This document shows positions 18,984-28,452 of a DNA stretch of 28,452 nucleotides, in pieces. A program made the translations under genes and the position numbers. How positions within the stretch are numbered: the stretch's first letter is position 1; each line of letters opens with the position of its first letter. Origin of the DNA: Neoechinorhynchus agilis (Eukaryota > Animalia > Acanthocephala); the NCBI GenBank assembly GCA_051530055.1, contig JBMGUZ010000035.1:1-28452 (forward strand), written 5' to 3'. The notes beneath the pieces were generated by a model. That model worked only from the letters and a program-made list of their open reading frames with translations, did no database searches and was not told the origin of the DNA.

Positions 18984-20226
18984 CAATTAGGAGTCACAGT
19001 TCCTGCTGGAGCCGAGGCGGCCGTGCATACAGCACGAGCGTATGGTCGGAATGGTATCCATAAGGGAACGGCTATGGTCGAGCGTGACATGGAGAACGCG
19101 TTCAATTCAATATGCCGCACCGCGATGACAGAGGTTGTCCACCAGCATCTACCAGAAATCTACCAGTACGTGTCTTTGTGCTACGACCAGTCCAGCATGC
19201 TGCTGTTCGACGAGTTCCAGGTCGAATCAGCAGAGGTTGTTCAACAAGGTGATCCTCTAGGTCCTCTGCTGTTCGCAATGACGATCGATTATCTTGCCCA
19301 CAGCTCTTCGTCAGAGTTATCGATCTGGTACCTTGACGACTGTTGCATCGGAGGGGAGATCGACCAGCTCATCCGCGACATCAAAAACATCTCCGAAATG
19401 GGTACTGATATGGGACTATTCCTGAGAACGGACAAATGCGAAATAATTTCGGACGACCAAGAGGAGGCATCGAGACTGCTCACCGTTCTACCCGGAACAA
19501 AAACAACTGCAATTGACTCAGCCGACATTCTCGGGTCTCTAATCGGTAACCTGTCCAACCTGGAAACGTTCCCCTCAAAAGTCATCGATTAATTGCGGCT
19601 CACTGCCTCCAGGCTCTTGCACATCGCGCGACACGACGCTCTGTTATTACTAGGACGATGTCTGTCGCTACCGAAGATTGCGTACCTTCTAAGGACTTCT
19701 CCATGCTTCAAGTCAGTACTCACAAGGGATTTCGACAACTGCGTTCGATCAACCCTGTCAGAAGTCCTTAACCTACGACTGTCCGACACAGCATGGAAAC
19801 AGGCGATCCTACCTATTCGATTCGGCGGTCTTGGCACTCTGAGTGCCACCGAAGTAGCAATTCCTGCTTTTTCGTCATCGATTTCGGTCTCTTCAGACCT
19901 GGTGCTGAGAATCATCCCACCACACACTCGACTAGAGTCGCATCCACCACCTGAACTGATTGAAGCGCACGCTTAATGGACATCAGTGTTCGGGCAGGTC
20001 GTTCCAACGGAAACAAACTCCCAAAAACGTTGGACTGTCCTGCCCCACACTGCATATTCTCAGCACCTTCTCAACTCATGCTCATCTCCCACCGATAGAG
20101 CTCGTCTCCTGGCAGTCTCAGCTCCACACTCCAGCGACTTCTTGAAGGCTTTCCCGATCACGGCTGTTGGCACAAGGCTGGATGACCAAGCCATCACCGT
20201 CGCTGTGGGACTTCGATTGGGCATCG
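18984..20226 (+). mobile_element. Internal RT fragment of a third CRE family (C)
   Basis: It reads QLGVTVPAGAEAAVH, DMENAFNSI, VQQGDPLGPLLF, WYLDD, LPIRFGGLG, ARLLAVSAPHSSDFL, VAVGLRLG. It has stops and frameshifts and ends before the CCHC/REL region. Confidence 0.9.
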
Positions 20227-21888
20227 AATTCTCTTTATTTTGAAACATACATTCCAAATTTCCCATGGTTTCGCCGAACACTGAAAAACTGAATCTATTA
20301 CTGGATGCCGGATTATGTTCTTTGTGGTTTGAAGCGATTGAAGAATATCGTGTGCACCGATGCTATTTTTAAAACTGGTTTAAATGATAAATTTTTAATT
20401 GATAACTGACCCAGAGAAACGTCCTTCACTGAGGTTGAAGGAACTTCCTATATGTAAGCAGTATGATTATTAGATTCATAAATTGTTACCAACGAATTCA
20501 ATGTTGTGGGAACTTGCATTCATTCAACTCAAATCATATTGTATCTGAAGATAAAACAGTTCAATATTTTTTAGCCAAATGTGGCTAAAGGACTTGCACC
20601 GTTGCGGCTCAAAGAAGGAGAATTTAAACATACGGTTTTCGAGAAGGGAAAAAAATTTAAAAAGTAAACATGATGTCCAGATGATTACCACAAAGCAATG
20701 TTGTTACCGTGGTTTTTGAGCCGTGCAGAGAAAGGGCTTTTTAAATGTCAAGTTAATATAACTGTCTTAAAAAAGAAGAATTTGAGCGCTAAAAAATTAG
20801 CCATTTAAACATAAGTTAAGCACGTTTGTTCTTGAAAAAATTCGGTGTCAAAGCAAAATGTGACCACTAAGAAAGTTCCAGTGTGTTTAATACGGTAAAA
20901 TTTTTTAATCCTTCTGTTGTATCCGATCTCCATCAGAGCTCAAATTTAGCAATTCTCAAAAAAACGCGTGTATTACCAACATTATTGAACAAATAAAAAT
21001 TCACTCTACGAAGCATTTATTTATGAACGTAATTGAAAGAAAAAATCAATTCCCGACAAAATATTTGAAGTGCATAACAAGCGCTTCCTGGCTAAAGTGC
21101 GTTTATAAAGGTCATATTTGGCTCAGGAACTATAAATTCCATCTAGTTGCAAAATTTATCTAAATTGCAGTAATTGGAATGTTTATGGTTTAAAAACTGG
21201 TTTTGCGAAGAAACGTAGCTTTCGAAGTTGGCTACTCCGAACGTTCAAAAATTTAATTATTCATGTTTGTCTATGGCGAAAAAATTTAGGCAATCAACGT
21301 CCATAATGGATACTGTAATTCATTAAATGTCGCTATCCTGTACATTAAATTAAAGTCTAACTGTTAAAGTGCGGCACGTGTCCTAATATTCGCTACTTTA
21401 TGGTGAGTTTTAGGTCTTCGATCTTCAATTTTGCAACATTAATTTGGTAAATTTGCTAGTGTAATCTCGTGTACTATCTTTAATAACTTTTAAATGTTTC
21501 ATATTGAATTTAAAGTAGAGATTAAAAATGGTCAAAATGTCTAAACTTTTTGTGTAGTCTTATAAGACAATGTCCATTGTGAATTCCGCAATATGCATTT
21601 AAAGACTCTACAAACACCAAAAGCTTGCAGCAGTGCCACTTATGGCCCCTTAGATTCATCGCGTCATAAACTCAATTGATTCTAATTAAAAATGGCTTAA
21701 ACGGTTTCACGTCCTACATATTTGTGCGGCGATCTAGAAATTGTTACGAATGATACTTGTATCCTTTAGTCATGAATTCTTTTTTTATTGGTTTTTATAT
21801 TGCGTAGTCTTTAGGGGTGCCTTGAAGTCTAAGCAAATGTTTTTGTATTTGTCGTAAACACTTTATTGGATTTTTTAAGTAACATTAG

Positions 21889-22332
21889 TCGCGAGACTTC
21901 ACGCACCTTATAACTACCGGAATTCATAAAACCAAGCCGATAATCAAAACAACGCAAACTAAAATCACGGAATCTAAGATGCAAGGAGATAAATCGACTA
22001 ATATTCCACCCACATTAATCCACGATCTCCTAAGTGTTGTTCGATTCTTTATTAAACAATATGGAAACGTCAACATTGCTCCAAAAATCCAAATGACCTT
22101 CGACATGAATGCATATGGAGTTCCTGAGGTTTTCACCGCCTTAAAGGGTCATGTAAAGTCTCTCCGCGAAAATACGGTTAGATTTATAGTGCCCTTAAAA
22201 TTCCCTTTTGATCTAGATCCGGATAAGGTTAGTTTTGTAGTTTGCTTAAGTATGAATGCTGCATGGAAAAAATCGGGCGAATCGCATATCATAATTCCTC
22301 TAATAAAAATTTCTACAGTCAACTTTCTGTAA
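21889..22332 (+). CDS. Exon of an unknown protein, probably the N-terminal part of the downstream kinase-like gene
   Basis: The frame opens after an acceptor-like CATTAG (AG 21887-21888) and includes ORF 21979-22332. It ends 19 nt before ORF 22352. The junction is unresolved. Confidence 0.5.
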   Translation, partial: SRDFTHLITTGIHKTKPIIKTTQTKITESKMQGDKSTNIPPTLIHDLLSVVRFFIKQYGNVNIAPKIQMTFDMNAYGVPEVFTALKGHVKSLRENTVRFIVPLKFPFDLDPDKVSFVVCLSMNAAWKKSGESHIIIPLIKISTVNFL

Positions 22333-22351
22333 CTGTAGAAGCTTTTGAATA

Positions 22352-25315
22352 ATGGCATACACGGTATTAGAACCGGTGTCCTTAACGGAAGTAGGAAACG
22401 GAGAGCGCCCAATTCTAATAGTTGCTGAACGATCACTTTATGATCAAATCAATGATGCCCCAACTGGGTGGAAACAAAAAGGTATAATAGGCGTTTCGAA
22501 GGAATATTATTCTCTAATATCAAAAAAATATACTGATTCGAGGCAAGCAATAAAAATCGACGATAAATGTGATCAGAAATTCTTTTCAAAATTTTCAATA
22601 GATTTACCCGAATTAGCTTCAAAATACTATAGAATTGAATCGCTAAAAATTGAAAAAACTACGATTGATAACTCCTATGCCGTATTTTATGCTATTTCAC
22701 TCGATGGAATGAGAAAGAGATACATAGTCTCTTGTCATTTCTGTGATCGAAACGCGGATTTCGCTTCACTAAAACAGCGATTGCTCTATCAAAGGTGGTA
22801 TCGGACAAGATGCAGTGCTCTGGTACCCAATGTTTTAAATGATGCCGACGGAAACGTTCTTAGAGTGCACACGATGAACTTCGAAGAAAATTATATGGAT
22901 TTCCTCTATTATATATCGGAAAATCATTTCAATTGTACCGTTACTTTAGCTGAGTAAGCATCACGGTTGTCGTAATGAACGCATTGGAAGGAGGGTTCCA
23001 AAATAATCACTTCATCTTGTCTTCTTTATGTTCGAAGAAAGTACACCTCTCAATAATTGATCTTGCCAATGGTAACATCCTTAAATGCTAATTTTGATTT
23101 AAATGTGACGAACCTGATGGAAATAAAGGGTTAATATTTGCATTAAACCAACAAAATTGACTTTAATTGCCAAAATCTTTACTTTCAAAATTTTTTAACA
23201 TTTAAAATCACTTTCATTTAGATTTATCTGGTACTCTAAGGATATGGGTGCTGAAACTCTTAATATTTCAAGAAAAGAGAAAAACGAGCTGGTTTTATAA
23301 TCAACATTTTAACTTTGTAAAATAGACGCGTGCAACTATTAATCGCGCATGAATGTATATTTTATAAGACATTGCATACAAAAATGAATTAATATAAATA
23401 TCATGGGAATATTTAGCCATTTATTTCTCAAATACTAATAGCGAAGAGCATTCCACCGTTTCATTCGGTATTTTACATGTTTTATTTGACGATGAATTAG
23501 TTACTCTTTTCTTAATCGCCTTTACATGGGTGAGATTAATTTTTGTTACTTTCTATTTGGTTACTTTTCTTTACATTCACCACCTCCCACCAAATTCCAG
23601 CTTTTGTCCTTCCTCGACCGTCGCCATCACGCTGGCAGCATTGCCCCGTTGTACTGCCAGCGAGATATTTTGTCGAAGAAATAAGCCTGCTCTTGAGTCT
23701 CCGGTTGCCTCTCTCAATTTCTTCGAGAGATCCTTGAGCAGAGAGAGTGCCGAGCTGCCGAGCGCTCCATACGTCTCTACCCCAAAGGGGACAAAATAGT
23801 GAGCCCTCGATAGCTGCATATATTTTCGTACCTTCCTCCCTTCCGCTGCACTGGCGGCACCACCGGCGATTTCGAGGGAGTAGGGGATGTTGCTGGCTGC
23901 GAGGGTGTCCACACACGTGGCGTCCCAGAGAAGGCATTTGCCCTCCCGCCACGGGAAGACCGAAATTCCATCGGGCCTACGGCCGTCTAGTCTGCAGAGG
24001 TGGGCGGGTTCCAGGATGTTCGGGAAGTCCACCAATATTCTCATATCTGCTAAGGAATCGAATCCGGACATTTCTGATGTCGAAAATCTCATTTTATTCA
24101 ATTTTAACGATGCAATCTACACATTATACGTTTGTGACCTTGCGAACACTTTATTCCGCGTCGTATGCTCAAGTAATCAAGACAGGGCAATGATTCGGGC
24201 ATTCCTCGAGTCCTATATGCACATGTTTCGTCTGGACCGTAGCGAATTTGTAGTTCTTTTCAACGCAACTCTGGCAACGGGATGCGCCGCAATATCAGAT
24301 AAGTTAAAGGATTGGAAACAGTTACTTAACTTTGATTTGATTCAGCGTTGTAATTTTTAGGGTATCATCTAAAATTGAGTCGAATTAGAACATCAAAGCA
24401 CCATATTTAGGAATAGTGATAGCGATCGAGTCCACTCGTAAAGTATTCGTTTTATTTTCCACATCATATGCTTTTATTGGGAGCGTTAAACTGCGAACAA
24501 TGATTGTTCATTACGCTCGTGACGTTACTGTTTAACTGGAGACCGAAAATCACTCGCTTTTCTTAGCAAAGAATGTGAAAGTCTCGGCTTATTACTTGGA
24601 GAGTTCCATCAGCATTCATGCTACCGTGTTCAACTCAATGCAAATCAAGACGGTACCTGCAGTCGATGGTTAGTGGATACGTTTGCAAAAAGGTTCACCA
24701 CGTGGGGCTTTACTCAAACAGTGAATCCATTTGCGATTTACACTAAATAAAGACATCGATAATCTCTACTCATCTATTGCAAAAAAAGCACCTCCTCAAA
24801 TGTTGGAATTGATGGTTTCGTGTATTGAGGCCCTAAGGTTTGCGATCATTACTCACGCCAAGCGATTACGAAAGGGTTGGTGTCATTGGAATGTCAAATC
24901 CACCAATATTCTCATATCTGCTAAGGAATCGAATCCGGACATTTCTGATGTCGAAAATCTCATTTTATTCAATTTTAACGATGCAATCTACACATTATAC
25001 GTTTGTGACCTTGCGAACACTTTATTCCGCGTCGTATGCTCAAGTAATCAAGACAGGGCAATGATTCGGGCATTCCTCGAGTCCTATATGCACATGTTTC
25101 GTCTGGACCGTAGCGAATTTGTAGTTCTTTTCAACGCAACTCTGGCAATGGGATGCGCCGCAATATCAGATAAGTTAAAGGATTGGAAACAAACGAGCGC
25201 TCTTCAGGCCAATGAACACGCTCAGCAGATCAAACAAGCCTACGATGCGTTGGAGTTTTGCGCTACGGATGATTGGTTCATCAACTTCGTGCGTCCGTTA
25301 GATAAGCAACAGTGA
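22352..25315 (+). CDS. Multi-exon APH/hydroxylysine-kinase-like (PKL fold) protein with substituted catalytic motifs; exons 22352-22953, 24567-~24730, ~24731-25315
   Basis: A phase-2 intron GA|GTAAG (22954) ... TTTTCTTAG|C (24566) joins TVTLA-D-KECESLGLLLGEFH in frame. N-lobe-like: YIVSCH...LVPNVLNDADGNVL. C-lobe-like: CHWNVKSTNILI, LFNFND, YVCDLANTL, AFLESYMHMFRLDRSE. The frame change near 24730 is unresolved (indel or small intron). Confidence 0.6.
23552..24028 (-). mobile_element. 5'-truncated CRE family-A 3' end inside the intron of the kinase-like gene
   Basis: It encodes FPNILEPAHLCRLDGRRPDGISVFPWREGKCLLWDATCVD...AVQRGNAASVMATVEEG and shares its 3' end with 788-955. Confidence 0.92.
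24028..24320 (+). repeat. 293-bp near-identical duplicate of coding sequence 24899-25191
   Basis: The direct repeat is offset by 871 bp. Only one difference was seen (24278 C vs 25149 T). Confidence 0.95.
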
Positions 25316-25819
25316 GAAGACGTCTGAGAAATAACTAGTATAATAATCGTAACTGGTCTTTTAACTATTGAAATGTCTTTGTCTTTCGATTAATAAAAAT
25401 CAGTCAAAGGGTAAATCTTTATGAAGATAATAAATACAATTAAATTGCGTTCCTTAATCCTTAAGTACTTTTGGATTTTACGAAGTTGTTATGTAGGTTA
25501 TATTCCAATTTTGTTTTACTTTTCTTCGCTCAAGCGATTAACCAAATCATCTATTTTTGGGTTTGAGCTACATATTTCCCACTTTGTGTTTTAATTTTGT
25601 CGCTTTTTCACGTTGCTTATGTTTCGCACGAATTTCTTTGATTTACAAATACTTAAAAGTTACTGGCAAGCCGCTTCTATTGATTCAGATTATTACATCC
25701 CTTCCTCGGCTTTTTGCCTTTCCTTCTTGAAAAAAAATTATTCGGTAAAGGTAAACCATGGATCGAACGCTGTCGCTGAATAACTGAAGCAACATTCTAT
25801 ACTAGTTACTATCCGTTTT

Positions 25820-26740
25820 TGGAAGTCATAATCCGATCCACTGCATGGATTTGTTGGCCCAGTCTGCTGAGGAAATCCACTCAAAGGGTAGCCTCGACAG
25901 GATTTTCAAGAATACACGGCATCCTTCTTGGCATGAAACCTGTGATATTAATTAGGTGTGTAAATATCGATCAGCTCAACGAGCGTTATTTCGATCCACT
26001 ATCTCGGATCTTCTTCAGCGATCTAAAACACATATAACAGGGATTCTCAATTCACGCGTCACATAACATCCGGTGGGTGTCGCATCCTTAATTTGAAATC
26101 AGGTTTATTGCCCTCGAACGTTTCGAACCTATTGCAAACTAGTGTTGTAGCGGCACTAAAATCAATAGTGTGCCCCGTGTTTTTTGCATGGGCCACCACT
26201 GCGGAACTAATATCCGTGTTGAGAACAACTGATGATTCGTGCTCCTTCAACCGTCTGGTGAAATTGTTGGTCTGCCCCACATAAACCTGTTCGCAACCGG
26301 AGCACGGAATTTTGTAGACCGGATGAACTCCATAGCAAGATACGAATGATCATCAGGGAATGGCAGTTCAACGTAGATCTCTTCCTTTTTAGACTTTGTC
26401 TCCCCATTGAAGGTATGACGCACATTCCGAATGCACCGTTCGACAAGATGGAGAGGATAACCATATCGACCTGATATGTACTTTAGGTAATCAATCTCCT
26501 CGTTACACAACTTAACGTTGCTACAATGTGTAAGAGCACGATGGATGAGTGACCTAATCCTCGAATTTTTTTTGTATTTGCGAGGTTGGGCTGATGTCCA
26601 TGGCACAAGGCCCACTGGTATACCTCTCTTTCGGTACACCCTGGTCGTGTAGTTTCCACTGGCTAATCGGTATATCCACACATCCAGGAACGGAAACTTA
26701 CCATGGTCCTCCTCGATCGTCCACTGAATATTGTCGTTCC
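25820..26740 (-). mobile_element. 5'-truncated Penelope-like element (RT thumb + GIY-YIG + 3' pLTR); left boundary approximate
   Basis: It reads NIQWTIEEDHGKFPFLDV, TRVYRK, SLIHRALTHCS, YGYP, and the GIY-YIG YVGQTNNFTRRLKEH...SAVVAHAKNTGHTIDF. A hammerhead-like core lies downstream. Confidence 0.88.
25957..26032 (-). ncRNA. Hammerhead-like motif in the 3' pLTR of the second Penelope
   Basis: The minus strand reads CTGAAGA-A-GATCC.GAGATAGT.GGATC-GAAA. The flanks can pair (ATCG/CGAT, TGTGT/ACACA). The cleavage triplet is non-canonical. Confidence 0.55.
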
Positions 26741-26744
26741 TTCA

Positions 26745-28452
26745 GTATACGCCGTTGCGTTGTGTTCTTTTTTTCCAAGAGGGTAAAAGTGTATATAATA
26801 CATCTCAACTTTTCAATTTCTTACCTCAATTTGACTCTCCTGAATACGTTTCTTTTATCTCTGCTCCATTCAGCCCATCGTCACAAGGTCTAATTTCTGT
26901 CTTCCACACATCTCTTGATCCATCTTTAATATCTACGTTTATTTCGAATGAGCTGTCTTATTCCCTTCTTAAATTTTTCTTCGAGCGCCGGCGTTTCACT
27001 GTTGCCAGTCTGTACATACGACCCAGCTTTATACATCGCCCGGCTGTTAAAAATATTGTGAAATGCCTTCTCCATTCTAACATTGATTTCATTGCTGGCG
27101 ATTTCAATGACCCTTCGGCGAGGTGGTCCAAGGCCATAGTAAACTCGGTCAAACCTCGATATGAACTCTCGACATCTCTTACTCCGTCCTATCACAATAT
27201 AACGAAAAATATCCACTCATTCTTAGACCTTATAGAAAATGTTTGAATTTGTTAATTCAAGTGGAGCAACTGGTGTCTCTCTTTAACTTAGCTGGCCATG
27301 ACGCTTTAATATGATCTATTGGCAGTATTAGTAATTTAAGGACAGTTCTACACTTGTCCCCTCTAAACATTGCTCTGTTCAGATCAGTTGACCAATTACT
27401 TCTATCGCGGATTTATTTAGCCAATAATTTGAGTTATGCCCTTCCTCAAGTTAATTGTTTTATCAATTCAACAGCTAATCTTCTTCTCTATCAACCACAG
27501 AGGGTTTTCTCTGGACCTTACGAAAGCATATCATTTTGTTTCATTGGGTGTCAGCTATATCAAGTTAGACATTGTGGAGACGTTTTTCTGGTTAAAATAC
27601 TTTCCAGTCAATACTGGGCAGCTCGCTGTAGAGAACAAATGGCGTTCGAAGGCGCCTTTTTAAAAACCTTAAGACCCTTCTCTTCGAAGTGGTGGAATAC
27701 GATTTCGAGGAAGAAATTCATTAATTGGAAATCAAAGCTAACCTCCTGGTTAAAAACCTCCACTTTGGACCAGATACTAACTTCTATCTTTGATTTTTAT
27801 GCCTCCGCTCGCGCCAAAGGAAATATTCCGCCAATCTTATTTCGCAGATTAATTCGTAATCGCTCTGATTTGACTCAGAATGATATTGCCAAAGTTTGGT
27901 CCCTTAATCCCAAAATTTCCTCATCAAACAGCACTTCAGGAACAAAATGCTTCTCTCTGCTCCCTCGGGATTGCGTCCTCAACATAGCAAACTTGATGTT
28001 GAAGTGTTCCTCGTATGCCTGGCGGGATATAAATATCTCACGGCGCATCGCCTTGGTTAAAAATGGGACACCCAACGACCTTCGCCCGATCTCCTTGCAG
28101 AACCCATTGGTCACCCACCACCTACGAACGTGCTCTAGCGCATAAACTCAATCTCTTCGTCTTGGAGCACAAGTGCATATCCTTTGAAAGGGAAGTCTGT
28201 TCACTCAGCGTTGGCTGATATTTATTCGAACTTTGGCGACGATGCGCCCCTTTACGTGCACTTTTAGCAGTAGACCTGTCTCAGACCTTTGACAAAATCT
28301 CCCTAAGCTTCGTTGTCGAAATTTTAGAATTTTTTAGTGTTCCACATAACCAAATTGCCAGGATTCAAAATACGCTTTTCTCCAAAGCTTTCTATTACGA
28401 TGATGATGCCGGCAGAACGTTTTATTACCATCTTAACGGTGTTCCACAAGGA
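26745..28452 (+). mobile_element. Degraded APE-type LINE (EN + RT), running off the end of the window
   Basis: EN motifs: VLFFQE, VASLYIRP, IAGDFNDP..RW, SFLDL. RT motifs: NDLRPISL, LAVDLSQTFDKI, NGVPQG at the window end. Confidence 0.85.

Noticed and set aside
20330-20450. TGAAGA...ATCG/CGAT stem and GAAACGTC-hairpin motifs resembling hammerhead halves
   Set aside because: Each lacks the complementary half of the catalytic core.
25440-25790. Lys/Glu-rich minus-strand frames (IKEIRAKHKQREKATKLKHK)
   Set aside because: This could be the 3' end of a host gene, but the frames are short and no splice model could be supported.

Overview
This is AT-rich eukaryotic (probably animal) genomic DNA with short introns; the one clean intron is 46 nt. 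More than half of the window is degraded retrotransposons. An ~11 kb nest at 1.7-13 kb contains a CR1/L2-like LINE truncated by a near-full-length CRE (RT + restriction-like endonuclease) element, then a Penelope-like element with inverted, hammerhead-bearing terminal repeats. The GIY-YIG domain of that Penelope is split by a second CRE carrying a large 5' inversion and a 7-bp target-site duplication. More CRE, Penelope and LINE fragments lie at 0.3-1.0, 17.8-20.2 and 23.5-28.4 kb. Recognisable host genes are a myosin light chain/calmodulin-like gene, an intronless mitochondrial 2-Cys peroxiredoxin with a 1-nt frameshift in a T run, and an unusual multi-exon gene at 21.9-25.3 kb. By eye the last gene encodes an APH/hydroxylysine-kinase-like pseudokinase, possibly preceded by an amino-acid-kinase-like domain. 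The most notable observations are: (i) stand-alone fold-back hairpins carrying hammerhead ribozyme cores; (ii) a CRE-plus-host-exon chimeric insertion inside an intron of the same host gene; (iii) a twin-priming-like CRE inversion; (iv) the pseudokinase gene. All calls were made by eye, with no database searches.
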